Assembly (NCBI GenBank): GCA_045602255.1
Contig: JAZSBD010000011.1
Coordinates: 94-64,093 of the forward strand
Source of the DNA: Alistipes sp.
GTDB lineage: Bacteria; Bacteroidota; Bacteroidia; Bacteroidales; Rikenellaceae
Length of the DNA stretch: 64,000 nucleotides
Direction: 5' to 3'
In this document: piece by piece, positions 39,203 to 49,167 of the stretch
How positions within the stretch are numbered: position 1 is the stretch's first letter
Layout: every line of letters starts with the position of its first letter
Program-made: the position numbers and the translations under genes
The notes under the pieces: model-generated
Database searches by the model: none
What the model was told of the DNA's origin: nothing
What the model saw: the letters and a program-made list of their open reading frames with translations, nothing else

Positions 39203-39679
39203 ATGAGTAACGAGATTATCTACCTCACAGCTGAGGGTATGAACAAGCTAAAGGAGGAGTTGCACCACATGGTATCTGTGGAGCGTCCTGCAGCAGCACA
39301 GGCCATCGCCGAAGCACGCGACAAGGGTGACCTTTCGGAGAATGCTGAGTATGATGCTGCACGCGAGGCGCAGGGTCTTCTTGAGATGCGCATAGCACAG
39401 CTCGAGAGCACACTAACAAAGGCGCGTATCATCGACGAGACGAAGATTGACACCTCTAAGGTGCAGATCCTCAGCCGCGTGAAGCTCCTAAACCACAACG
39501 TTAAGCGCGAGGTGGAGTACACCATTGTGTCGGAGAACGAGGCAAACCTACGCGAGGGTAAGCTCGCCATCGGCACCCCTATCGCCAAGGCATTGCTCGG
39601 CAAGAAGGTGGGTGATATTGTCGAGGTGCAGGTGCCTGCAGGTATGCTTAAACTTGAGATTTTGAATATCTCTATCTAA
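39203..39679 (+). CDS. greA: Transcription elongation factor GreA
   Basis: EARDKGDLSENAEYDAA, TPIAKALLG, V.VP.G. Confidence 0.96.
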   Translation: MSNEIIYLTAEGMNKLKEELHHMVSVERPAAAQAIAEARDKGDLSENAEYDAAREAQGLLEMRIAQLESTLTKARIIDETKIDTSKVQILSRVKLLNHNVKREVEYTIVSENEANLREGKLAIGTPIAKALLGKKVGDIVEVQVPAGMLKLEILNISI

Positions 39680-39704
39680 TATAGGATATTGACACATATT
39701 GTAG

Positions 39705-39743
39705 TTGGGGCTTCTACGTTCGCGTGGAAGCCCCATTTTTTTT
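39705..39743 (+). terminator. Intrinsic terminator after greA
   Basis: TGGGGCTTC...GAAGCCCCA followed by T8. Confidence 0.85.
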
Positions 39744-39818
39744 CGGTCGTAAAATCTGGTGGAGGAACAAATATAAAGTGAAAGGTGCAAAGTGTGGTGT
39801 CTGCGATGCAGGTTTATA

Positions 39819-39976
39819 AACTTCGTCACCAGCGAAGAATTGCACCCGAGACCTTGCTGATACAAATGACGGTCAATGCAATTCTGTGGCGATCTACCTT
39901 TGTGTAACAACCTCGCTGATACCGTTTCCCTCTCTATCCTTAGTGTTATAAAACAGCGGTAGACTTATCTAAAATT
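39819..39976 (-). repeat. ~100-bp dispersed element, copy B (with a ~57-bp internal insertion)
   Basis: Shares GTCTACCGCTGTTTT-ATAACACT, TATCAGCAAG and TGCAATTCTTCGC..TGACGAAGTT with copy A. Confidence 0.7.
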
Positions 39977-40274
39977 AGTAATTTGTTAATTAGTAATTAG
40001 TAACAAAATTTATGAGCGCTGATGGCGCTCAACTATTACTAATTTCTCACTACTCTTTACTAATTGATTTACCCCTCCTCGGCATGACGAGGTTTATTAA
40101 AGGGAATGGTTAGGTGTGCTTTTGTGCGCGCCTCACCATACCTTAAATCGCAACAGAACTAAAATAAGGTCGTAATATTTGCTAAATCAATTATTATTTC
40201 TTAAATTTGCATAACGTCAAGCATTTGAGATACTAAAACAATACAATTTTTTACTCACTAAAACCTAATCTATT

Positions 40275-41324
40275 ATGAAAAGACTTATTCCTAACCCAAA
40301 GGAATTGGGCTCTGTAAATTGGGCTCAGCCAGCTATCGGTAAGGGTAACATTACTAACACAGTGATGGTCCTATTATCGCTCCTAATGGTTGTTAGCGTA
40401 TTCCTACCATGGTTTAGCTGGGAGTATGTTGCTAATATCTCTGAGGAGACCGCAAAGCTTGAGTCTTATACAAAGCTCGGTATTACTACACTTTGGGGTA
40501 TTTTTGGTTTTGTTGTTGCGCTTGTTGTGCTATTTGGTCTCTTGTATAAGCAGTATGCTGCTACCTTCTGGTTATCGCTTGTTGCTGCCCTCTTTGGCTA
40601 TTTTGGCACTCAGTATATTACCGGTTTCGAGGTCAATGTAAATGGTGATACCTATGTGGTATTTGAGGAGGAGCTCAAGATGTTGCAGATGCGTGATGCT
40701 GCGATTCCTGTGACACATGTTGGTGCAAATATCTTTATGATTCTCTCTGTGTTGGTGGCTGCGTTGTCATTGGCATCGTTGTACAGAAAAGAGGAGGAGA
40801 GCGGTTGCATTGCAAAGGTGGGTCTTCTTGTATCGGCTATTATCGCAGCCGTTATATGCATCGACGCAGCCCTTGTAACACCTACATGCCTCTCTACCGT
40901 AGCAGCTAAGATGTTGGTATGGAATCTTCCTTTGATAGCGGCTCTTATCGTGGTATTGGCTCTCTTTAAAGGTGAGGGTAAGTCGTTTAATTATATCTCT
41001 GTTGCACTCCTTGTGACAGCATTCTTCTTTACTAATTCAGCTGTTATTCAACAGAAGAACAATACAAAGTTATTAAATGAGGCTGCACTGGTTTCAGATA
41101 CTTATGTGATGAATCATAATGCAAACGTTATTAAAAGCGATTCTGACTATAAGACCCTTGAAAAGACGTTGAAAAAGAATGTGGAGAATGCTTCAAAGGA
41201 TGAGAAGGAAGTATGGAGTATTACACGCGATTATGCTATTTATAAAATGATTTATAGCGCCCCAGAAGGCGATAGCGACTATAACGAGTATGATTACTAC
41301 GACGAATATTACGAATATCGATGA
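40275..41324 (+). CDS. Hypothetical multi-pass membrane protein
   Basis: About 7 TMs, FLPWFS motif; N-terminal half is homologous to 50892-51386. Confidence 0.75.
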   Translation: MKRLIPNPKELGSVNWAQPAIGKGNITNTVMVLLSLLMVVSVFLPWFSWEYVANISEETAKLESYTKLGITTLWGIFGFVVALVVLFGLLYKQYAATFWLSLVAALFGYFGTQYITGFEVNVNGDTYVVFEEELKMLQMRDAAIPVTHVGANIFMILSVLVAALSLASLYRKEEESGCIAKVGLLVSAIIAAVICIDAALVTPTCLSTVAAKMLVWNLPLIAALIVVLALFKGEGKSFNYISVALLVTAFFFTNSAVIQQKNNTKLLNEAALVSDTYVMNHNANVIKSDSDYKTLEKTLKKNVENASKDEKEVWSITRDYAIYKMIYSAPEGDSDYNEYDYYDEYYEYR

Positions 41325-41343
41325 TAGTTGGAATTATAGTCAT

Positions 41344-41384
41344 AAATAAGTATGGGCGAGAAAAACTCTCGCCCATACTTATTT
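41344..41384. terminator. Bidirectional terminator between convergent genes
   Basis: Perfect AAATAAGTATGGGCGAGA / TCTCGCCCATACTTATTT stem. Confidence 0.85.
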
Positions 41385-41403
41385 ATTGCTATTGCAAAAC
41401 GAT

Positions 41404-42678
41404 TTAGTACTTATCGTCCCATAGCGCACGCATGCGCTCGGCAATCTTTGCCTCCTGGGCATTCTGCTCGTTGGGCGTGTAGAAGCGTGTGCCACTCAAT
41501 GAGTCGGGCAGAAATTCCTGCTTTACGAAGTTTCCCGCATAGTCGTGGGCATACTTATAGTCGGCACCATAGCCCATGTCGCCCATAAGCTTCGTCGGAG
41601 CATTGCGAAGGTGCAGTGGCACAGGACGATTTGTGGTGTCGTGCTCGACCATGGCAAGTGCCTTATTTATAGCGGTATATGCCGAATTGCTCTTAGGACT
41701 TGTGGCGAGATAGATAGTCGTCTCGGCAAGCGTAATACGCGCCTCTGGCATGCCTATCTTATGCACCGTATCGAAGCAGGCGTTTGCCAAGAGTAGGGCA
41801 TTGGGGTTTGCCAAGCCCACATCCTCGGATGCCAATATCACGAGGCGGCGCGCTATGAAGCGTGGCTCCTCGCCACCAGCAAGCATACGCGCGAGGTAGT
41901 AGATGGCGGCATTGGGGTCGCTGCCACGCACCGACTTGATGAATGCCGAGATAACGTCGTAGTGCTGCTCGCCCGACTTATCGTAGAGTGCGATGTTCTG
42001 CTGCAGGCAGGCGGTGACGTGCTCGTCGTCGATGATGATGTCGCCCTCCGACGCGCCAACAACAATGTCGAGGATGTTGAGCAGCTTACGCGCGTCGCCA
42101 CCCGAGAAGCGGAACATAGCCTCTGTCTCTCGCACCTCGATATTTCGTCTCCTAAGCTCTACGTCTGTTGTGAGCGCCCTTGTAAGGAGCGTGTCGAGCT
42201 CCTCGTCATCCATAGGCTTTAGTGTATATACCTGGCAGCGGCTCAAGAGTGGCGAGATAACCTCGAACGAGGGGTTCTCGGTAGTAGCTCCTATGAGCGT
42301 CACGATGCCCTGCTCGACAGCACCGAGCAAAGAGTCCTGCTGCGACTTATTGAACCTATGTATCTCATCGATAAAGAGGAACGCGGGGCGCGCATTGAAG
42401 AGGTGCTGGTTCTTCGCCTTCTCTATAACCTCTCTTACATCCTTAACGCCCGACGTCACGGCCGAGAGTGTGTAGAAGGGTCTGTCGAGGGCGTTGGCAA
42501 CAATCTTCGCGAGCGTCGTCTTGCCCACACCCGGAGGTCCCCAAAGTATGAATGAGGGTACACTCTTCGAGGCGATAAAGCGTCGGAAGACGCCCTTATC
42601 GCCCACGAGGTGTTTCTGCCCTATATAGTCATCTAACGACTGCGGACGCAGACGCTCAGCAAGTGGTTGTTGTGCCAT
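41404..42678 (-). CDS. rarA: Replication-associated recombination protein A (AAA+)
   Basis: PLAERLRP, WGPPGVGKTT, FIDEIHRFNKSQQD, ATTENPSF, SAFIKSVRGSD, VPLHLRNAPT. Confidence 0.96.
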   Translation of the reverse strand: MAQQPLAERLRPQSLDDYIGQKHLVGDKGVFRRFIASKSVPSFILWGPPGVGKTTLAKIVANALDRPFYTLSAVTSGVKDVREVIEKAKNQHLFNARPAFLFIDEIHRFNKSQQDSLLGAVEQGIVTLIGATTENPSFEVISPLLSRCQVYTLKPMDDEELDTLLTRALTTDVELRRRNIEVRETEAMFRFSGGDARKLLNILDIVVGASEGDIIIDDEHVTACLQQNIALYDKSGEQHYDVISAFIKSVRGSDPNAAIYYLARMLAGGEEPRFIARRLVILASEDVGLANPNALLLANACFDTVHKIGMPEARITLAETTIYLATSPKSNSAYTAINKALAMVEHDTTNRPVPLHLRNAPTKLMGDMGYGADYKYAHDYAGNFVKQEFLPDSLSGTRFYTPNEQNAQEAKIAERMRALWDDKY

Positions 42679-42679
42679 A

Positions 42680-43963
42680 TTAGTGGTTTATGTTGCCGAG
42701 CTTATTAGGCTCATGCTTATACTTGAACATCACCCAGAAGGCGAGTGCCACAACAAGAGCATAGCCCGCAAAGATTAGCCATGTGGTTGACCAACCCTCG
42801 ACCTGTGCCATAGGTGTAGTCTGCGAGAATACATAGTGGTCGACAACAGCCTGAGCGCCAAGTGTACCTATCGTAGCACCAATACCATTGGTCATAATCA
42901 TAAATAGACCCTGTGCCGATGAGCGTATCGATGCGTCGGTCTCGTTGTTCACGAAGAGCGAGCCCGAGATATTGAAGAAGTCGAAGGCAACGCCATAGAC
43001 AATCATCGAGAGGATGAACATCCAAACGCCATCGCCTGGGTTACCAACGCCAAAGAGACCGAAGCGCAATACCCATGCGAACATAGCGATAAGCATAACT
43101 ATCTTAATGCCAAAGCGCCTGAGGAAGAATGGGATCAACAATATACATAGTGTCTCAGATACCTGTGATAGTGATATCAAGGCATTGGCATGCTGCGCAG
43201 CAAAGGTGTCGGCATACTCTGCTATGCCCTCATAAGAGGTGATAAACGGATTGGCAAAACCATTGGTAATCTGCAACGACACGCCGAGCAACATCGAGAA
43301 GATGAAGAACATAGCCATCTTCTTCTGCTTGAAGAGCGCAAAGGCACGCAAGCCCAATGAGTCAACAAATGAGCGCTTCTCCTTAGATGTGTTCACGGGA
43401 CACGTAGGCAGCGTGAAGGCGTAGCCTGCAAGGAGAATGCCGAGAGCGGCACTCTGGAAGAACTGCATATACGACTCCTGGAAGCCCGCGAAGTCGCATA
43501 CGAGCATCGCACAGATAAAACCTACAGTACCCCACACGCGGATAGGTGGGAATGCAGCAACAGTATCCAAACCGCCCTTCTCCAATGCTGTATAAGCAAC
43601 AGAGTTAGAGAGTGCAAGGGTAGGCATATAGAAGGCAACGCTAAGAGTATAGAGCGTGAGCAGTAGGTTTACGTTAGGGGTGCCCGATGCAGAGCTGATG
43701 ACATATGCCGACGATGCCATAAAGAGTGCGGCAAGAAGGTGGCAGATGCCCAAGAGCTTTTGCGCCTGTATCTTGCGGTCGGCGATGATACCAATGATGG
43801 CGGGCATGAAGAGCGATACGATACCCTGCATGGCATAGAAGATACCGATGTTGTTTGCCAAGCCCAAACCGGCAAGTAGGGTGCCCATAGATGTTAGGTA
43901 TGAACCCCACACAGCAAACTGCAGGAAGTTCATAATAATGAGTCGAGACTTAATATTGCTCAT
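42680..43963 (-). CDS. MFS nucleoside:H+ symporter (NupG-like)
   Basis: MNFLQFAVWG, FYMPTLAL.NS, FPPIRVWGTVGF, SQVSE, YGVAFDFFN.SG. Confidence 0.9.
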   Translation of the reverse strand: MSNIKSRLIIMNFLQFAVWGSYLTSMGTLLAGLGLANNIGIFYAMQGIVSLFMPAIIGIIADRKIQAQKLLGICHLLAALFMASSAYVISSASGTPNVNLLLTLYTLSVAFYMPTLALSNSVAYTALEKGGLDTVAAFPPIRVWGTVGFICAMLVCDFAGFQESYMQFFQSAALGILLAGYAFTLPTCPVNTSKEKRSFVDSLGLRAFALFKQKKMAMFFIFSMLLGVSLQITNGFANPFITSYEGIAEYADTFAAQHANALISLSQVSETLCILLIPFFLRRFGIKIVMLIAMFAWVLRFGLFGVGNPGDGVWMFILSMIVYGVAFDFFNISGSLFVNNETDASIRSSAQGLFMIMTNGIGATIGTLGAQAVVDHYVFSQTTPMAQVEGWSTTWLIFAGYALVVALAFWVMFKYKHEPNKLGNINH

Positions 43964-44091
43964 AATCAGTGTGTTTTATATATTTCTTTTACGTTTATTG
44001 CAAAAATCTTAACAAAGGTATGAAAAATTTTTGCAATTTTCTTTGCAAATCAAAAATAATGTTCTACTTTTGCACCGTCAAACAAAAATAT

Positions 44092-44162
44092 TGGGCTATG
44101 GTGTAATGGTAACACTACAGATTCTGGTCCTGTCATTCTTGGTTCGAATCCAGGTAGCCCAA
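44092..44162 (+). tRNA. tRNA-Gln(CTG), CCA not encoded
   Basis: TGGGCTA/TAGCCCA acceptor stem, GGTGTAATGGTAACAC D-arm, TT-CTG-GT anticodon loop, GGTTCGAATCC T-arm. Confidence 0.95.
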
Positions 44163-44606
44163 CACAACGACTCTCTTTTGAGGGTCGTTTTTTTTGTCTA
44201 CCGTCAGTGGCGATGGGTGTCATGCTGCCACCATGTTGCTGTTAGGGTGCGTCGGTCGATGCAAGCATCATCGAGCACCCTAACACCACCATCTGCTACG
44301 TAGTATCATCGCCACCATGTCCCTACAACATATCGTTTTTGCGCTGTGCTCCCTGATTCTCACTGCTTGATGGTTGATCCGATAGAGAGATGTCTATTGC
44401 TCGGCTTTGCCTGCGCTAAATTGTATCGGCTCTACTTTGCAATAGCGTCGCTATTGCTGCAGTTCGAATCCAGGTAGCCCAACACAACGACTCTCTTTTG
44501 AGGGTCGTTTTTTTGTCTACCGTCAGTGGCGATGGGTGTCATGCTGCCACCATGTTGCTGTTAGGATGCGTCGGTCGATGCAAGCATCACCGAGCACCCT
44601 AACACC
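44142..44606 (+). repeat. ~146-bp direct repeat (44142-44287 and 44462-44606) comprising the tRNA-Gln 3' end, its terminator and a downstream hairpin
   Basis: The copies differ by one T in the T-tract and two substitutions. Confidence 0.9.
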
Positions 44607-44975
44607 CTAACACCGGCTTAGTCGTAAATTCGCTACAGCCGTAAATTCCAGTGGGGAGTTAGAAAAAGTTATGCAAAAATAGTGGCTAATCGGAATATGA
44701 AGAGAGGCGTATCCGCTATATCTCATATTATAATATCTACAAACTTGCGCCTCGCAGATTTTCACTAAGTAATTATACTTATTTTTAAATTTTATTAAAT
44801 ATTAATGAGCCAGTATTACATCTAATATGGCTTTTTTTCATATTTTTGCAGAATAAGAGCCAACTTTGAAGACCTTTCAACCATTTGGCTTGGGCTTACA
44901 ACAATTGAGCCTTTTAGGACACAACAATAATTAACCCATAAAGTTCTCCGTAGGGAGGGCTTAAAGCTACTTATT

Positions 44976-45983
44976 ATGAAGGAGTTATTAGCAGATCTCG
45001 ACACCCTGGCGATTAATCTGGAGCAGGGCGATATGCTCGTCGTGAATATCGTTTTAGCCTTTGTGATGTTTGGTGTTGCACTGGGCATTAAGATGCAGAC
45101 ATTCAAGGATATATTGCGCAACCCAAAGTCGGTGATTGTTGGCGTGATATTGCAGTGGATAGCGCTCCCTGCCGTGACATTCCTAATTACAATGGCGCTC
45201 AATCCATTTATCACACCTATGGTTGCCATTGGTATGATTCTCGTGGCCTCGTGCCCAGGAGGTAATGTCTCTAATTTTATATCATCGTTGGCGAAGGGTA
45301 ATGTGGAGCTCTCTGTCTCAATGACAGCTATTACAACTGCTGTTGCCCCTATTATTACCCCTATAAACTTCCTACTTTGGGGTACGCTCTATACGAGATT
45401 TGCGGCTGTTAAGAATGACATCCCAACGCTTGAGATACCATTCATGGATATGCTTATGCAGATTCTTCTAATCTTGGGTATTCCAATCATCATCGGTATG
45501 CTTGTATCGCACTACCTCCCACGCATTGCAAACATGCTTAAAAGACCTCTACAGATTGTGTCGATTATATTCTTTATTGGCATGGTGGCTGTATTGTTAT
45601 ACAAGGTGTTGAGCGCTCTGCACGAGCAGGATTTATTGCATGTTGCTGGCGTAGGTATCCTTGCGATACTTGCCCTCGTTATTGTGCATAATGCAAGTGT
45701 CTTTGCGACAGGCTATTTCGGAGCCAAGTTGTTCCGTTTGCCAGAGCTGGATCGTCGTTCTATGACCATAGAGGTGGGTATTCAGAACTCAGGCCTTGGT
45801 CTTGCCATGCTTCTAAATCCCAAAATTTTCCCTCCTACCGAGTGGGGCCCATCGCCTGAGGCTGCTGGCGTATGCGGTGGTTTGGTGCTCGTAGCAGCAT
45901 TGTGGGGCGTATGGCATATTGTTGCAGGCCTATCTATTGCATCTATCTTCCGCATGACGGATCGTAAAAACGCATCTATGTAG
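44976..45983 (+). CDS. Bile acid:sodium symporter (BASS/SBF) family transporter
   Basis: MFGVAL, ASCPGGNVSN, KGNVELSVSMT, IEVGIQNSGL. Confidence 0.9.
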   Translation: MKELLADLDTLAINLEQGDMLVVNIVLAFVMFGVALGIKMQTFKDILRNPKSVIVGVILQWIALPAVTFLITMALNPFITPMVAIGMILVASCPGGNVSNFISSLAKGNVELSVSMTAITTAVAPIITPINFLLWGTLYTRFAAVKNDIPTLEIPFMDMLMQILLILGIPIIIGMLVSHYLPRIANMLKRPLQIVSIIFFIGMVAVLLYKVLSALHEQDLLHVAGVGILAILALVIVHNASVFATGYFGAKLFRLPELDRRSMTIEVGIQNSGLGLAMLLNPKIFPPTEWGPSPEAAGVCGGLVLVAALWGVWHIVAGLSIASIFRMTDRKNASM

Positions 45984-45984
45984 T

Positions 45985-47334
45985 ATGGTAAAAAAGCAGA
46001 AAAAGGTACAAGATTACGACTGGCTATACGACTTTTTGCGCTATTATGTTGATTTCGTGTTGAAGCTGTCGTATCGTAAAATTAAATATGTAGGCACGGA
46101 ATTTATACCTAAGGATGGTGCGGTTATCCTTGCGCCCAACCACACTAATGCCTTGATGGATGCCATGGTAATCCTTGCGATGGATCATGGTCCAAAGGTC
46201 TTTGTGGCGCGTGCCGACATCTTTAAAAACCCTAAGATAGCACGTATTCTTCATTTCCTAAAGATTATGCCTATCATGCGTATGCGTGATGGTATGGATG
46301 AGGTGCGCAAGAACAATGAGACCATAGAGAAGGCTGTTGATGTATTGCGCGACCGTATTCCTTTCTGTATCTTCCCTGAGGGTACGCACCAGGCGATGCA
46401 CTCGTCGTTGCCACTATCAAAGGGTATCTTCCGCATTGCCTTCCAGGCGCAGGAGCAGATGCCCGATATGCCCTTGTATATAGTGCCGGTAGGTCTTCGC
46501 TATGGTAGCTTCTTCCGCTTCCGCTCCACGGTGCGCGTGCAGGTGGGAGAGCCTATCAATGTGGGTAAGTTTATCGCCGAGCATGGCAATATGAATCCTA
46601 ATGAGGTGATGAACCTTATGAAGGATGAGCTTGCGGCGAATATGCATAAGTCAACGTTCTATATCCCTAATGACGAGGACTATGATGCCATATATGAGAT
46701 ATGTGCTACGGTGGTCAAGTCGCAGGTTAAGAATGCTAAATTTGTCGTTGAGGGTAAGCGTCTGCGAGGCATGGATGCGCACTTCGAGGCTAACAACCGT
46801 ACAGTACGCGAGGTGTTGCGTCTTAAGCGTGAGAAGCCTGAGGTGGCAGAGGAGCTTGTAAGGTTGGGCAATGAGGCCTCTGAGATGCGTAAGAGGGAGC
46901 ATATTAGCCTCAAGTCGGTATCTGTGAAGTACACCATCTTCTCGCGCATAATGAAGATTTTGTTTGTGCTTATCGCGTTGCCATATACGCTCCCCGTATC
47001 GATACTAACGCTCCCTATTCACTATGTTTGCAACTTCCTGTTCACCAAGCTCAAGGACTATGCCTTCCGCAACTCGGTGCGCTATCTTGTAAACCTTGTG
47101 ATGTGGCCGTTGTTGATGATTGTCTATTCGATTATTGCATACATCTTCTTGCCATGGCAGTGGGCTTTGCCACTAACCTTAGTCTTGTTGCCCGCACCTA
47201 TCGTGGCGCAGGAGGCATGGCGAGCAATACGCATCTTAGTATCTGACTATAAGCTATGGCGTAACAAGGAGCTTCGTGAGAAGTATAGACGCATTAAGAG
47301 AATAATTAGGGATAATACTACCTCAAAAAAATAG
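45985..47334 (+). CDS. PlsC-like glycerolipid acyltransferase with C-terminal TM region
   Basis: APNHTNALMD (HxxxxD), FVARADIF, IFPEGTH, IVPVGL.Y. Confidence 0.88.
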   Translation: MVKKQKKVQDYDWLYDFLRYYVDFVLKLSYRKIKYVGTEFIPKDGAVILAPNHTNALMDAMVILAMDHGPKVFVARADIFKNPKIARILHFLKIMPIMRMRDGMDEVRKNNETIEKAVDVLRDRIPFCIFPEGTHQAMHSSLPLSKGIFRIAFQAQEQMPDMPLYIVPVGLRYGSFFRFRSTVRVQVGEPINVGKFIAEHGNMNPNEVMNLMKDELAANMHKSTFYIPNDEDYDAIYEICATVVKSQVKNAKFVVEGKRLRGMDAHFEANNRTVREVLRLKREKPEVAEELVRLGNEASEMRKREHISLKSVSVKYTIFSRIMKILFVLIALPYTLPVSILTLPIHYVCNFLFTKLKDYAFRNSVRYLVNLVMWPLLMIVYSIIAYIFLPWQWALPLTLVLLPAPIVAQEAWRAIRILVSDYKLWRNKELREKYRRIKRIIRDNTTSKK

Positions 47335-47345
47335 ATGGAGAGTTT

Positions 47346-48761
47346 ATGAAGTTGAAGAGATTTATTCTTTTGGTTGTGGTGCTGCTCAGTGCTACTACCA
47401 CATTTGCCCAAACTGAGGCTGAAGCACCTAAGAAGAAGGAGATTATAAAGACGGGCTATAACTTTGGTCCACTGCCTATTGTGGCGTTCGATGCAGACAA
47501 GGGCTTGCAGTTGGGCGCATTGCTCAATATCTACGACTTTGGTGATGGCTCTATGTATCCTAACACTCGCCAGAACTGGTATTTCGAGGCATCATTCTTC
47601 ACTAAGGGTTCACAGCAGTTTGTCGTGTCGTACGACAATAAGACCCTTATTCCTGGTGTGCGTTGGTCAACAGCTGCCGTGCTCACCAACGAGAAGGCTC
47701 TCGACTTCTATGGCTTCAACGGTTATATGTCCTACTACGATTATGATAGGATTGCTGCGGGTAAGGATAAGAAGAATCAGGATCAGTATATCTATACTCC
47801 TAAGTATCGTGTCAACCGCTTGGCGTTGCTTGTGAAGAGCGACTTCGTGGGTAATATATGGGATAAGAAGCTATTTTGGGAGGCTGGCTACCACTTTAGC
47901 TATATAAAGCAGGGCTACAAAAATAAGCAGGCGTTGAACTTCGATAAGATTAACAAGAACAAGGATGAGTATAAGATGTTCCCAACAGACCCTGAGGCAC
48001 TCAACTATGAGGAGCCACTCTTCGACCTATATCGTAAGTGGGGTATTATCTCCGAGGAGGAGGCGTGGGGTGGTATCAATAGCACTGTGCGCTTAGGTCT
48101 ATTGTTCGATACACGCGATAAGGAGGGTGCTCCCTCACGTGGTATTTGGGCTGAGGCACACCTTATGCTTGCGCCTAAGTGGTTGGGTACTACAAATCCA
48201 TACTATCGCTATTCGGCAACCTTCCGCCACTATGTGCCTATCGTGAAGAACGATATTCTCACCTTTGCCTATCGTATTAACTATGAGGGCACTATCGGTG
48301 ATAAGGCTCCATACTACGTGCTTCCATATATCACCACCGTAGGTCAGTCATACGACCGTGATGGCATGGGTGGCTATCGCACAATACGAGGTATCATGCG
48401 TAACCGAGTACAGGGTCTCGATGTGCTATCATATAATGCAGAACTTCGTTGGCGCTTTGTGTCGTTTACTCTCTGGAAGCAGAACATCTCGTTCGGTCTT
48501 AATCTCTTCTCGGATGGTACGATGGTGACTAAGGAGTACGATATGTCGTTCAAGGGCGATGAGAAGTATCGTGCAGAGTATGACGAGTATATGGCTAAGG
48601 GTCAGAAGCGTGATGTCCCACATATCACTGTGGGTGGTGGCTTGCGCTTCATCATGAATCAGAACTTCATCGTTGCCTTCGAGTATGGCTTGCCTGTTGG
48701 TGAGCTTCGTAAGCAGGATGGCAAGGGTGCCTTCTATATCAACACAGGTTATCTATTCTAA
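47346..48761 (+). CDS. Omp85/BamA-TamA family beta-barrel with no evident POTRA domains
   Basis: Signal peptide, DTRD....PSRG, GG..TIRG loop-6 motif, NAELRW, C-terminal INTGYLF. Confidence 0.82.
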   Translation: MKLKRFILLVVVLLSATTTFAQTEAEAPKKKEIIKTGYNFGPLPIVAFDADKGLQLGALLNIYDFGDGSMYPNTRQNWYFEASFFTKGSQQFVVSYDNKTLIPGVRWSTAAVLTNEKALDFYGFNGYMSYYDYDRIAAGKDKKNQDQYIYTPKYRVNRLALLVKSDFVGNIWDKKLFWEAGYHFSYIKQGYKNKQALNFDKINKNKDEYKMFPTDPEALNYEEPLFDLYRKWGIISEEEAWGGINSTVRLGLLFDTRDKEGAPSRGIWAEAHLMLAPKWLGTTNPYYRYSATFRHYVPIVKNDILTFAYRINYEGTIGDKAPYYVLPYITTVGQSYDRDGMGGYRTIRGIMRNRVQGLDVLSYNAELRWRFVSFTLWKQNISFGLNLFSDGTMVTKEYDMSFKGDEKYRAEYDEYMAKGQKRDVPHITVGGGLRFIMNQNFIVAFEYGLPVGELRKQDGKGAFYINTGYLF

Positions 48762-48903
48762 TGGCTGAAGGTTGCCCAATGGGCACAAAAAAAGAGCAGT
48801 CGTTATATTCTCGCTTGAACGATTATTTCTTGCTTGATAGTATCTAAGTAAGCCTCCCTTTTCAAAGGGAGGTTTGGAGGGATTGTCTATATGGATTGCC
48901 CAG

Positions 48904-48950
48904 GGGCACAAAAAAAGAGCAGTCAAACGACTGCTCTTTTTTTAGTGCCC
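48904..48950 (-). terminator. tRNA-Leu terminator (bidirectional)
   Basis: AAAAAAAGAGCAGTC-AAAC-GACTGCTCTTTTTTT. Confidence 0.85.
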
Positions 48951-49029
48951 AGGACAAGACTCGAACTTGCACGAGCTAATGCTCACTACCCCCTCAAAGT
49001 AGCGTGTCTACCAATTTCACCACCTGGGC
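48946..49029 (-). tRNA. tRNA-Leu(GAG)
   Basis: GCCCAGG/CCTGGGC acceptor stem, CTACT-TT-GAG-GG-GGTAG anticodon arm, long variable arm, GTTCGAG T-loop. Confidence 0.95.
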
Positions 49030-49106
49030 TCTGAGATTTGGGTGTGCAAATGTAGTAACTTTTTTGCAATCTGCAAATTTTTTCGCAAGAAAGTTTTGCG
49101 TAAAAT

Positions 49107-49144
49107 AATAGCTCATTAGCTAATGTGCAGCTAATGAGCTATTT
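49107..49144 (-). terminator. metK terminator
   Basis: ATAGCTCATTAGCT...AGCTAATGAGCTAT stem. Confidence 0.7.
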
Positions 49145-49167
49145 ATGGATGGGCGTTTTTTATGCTT

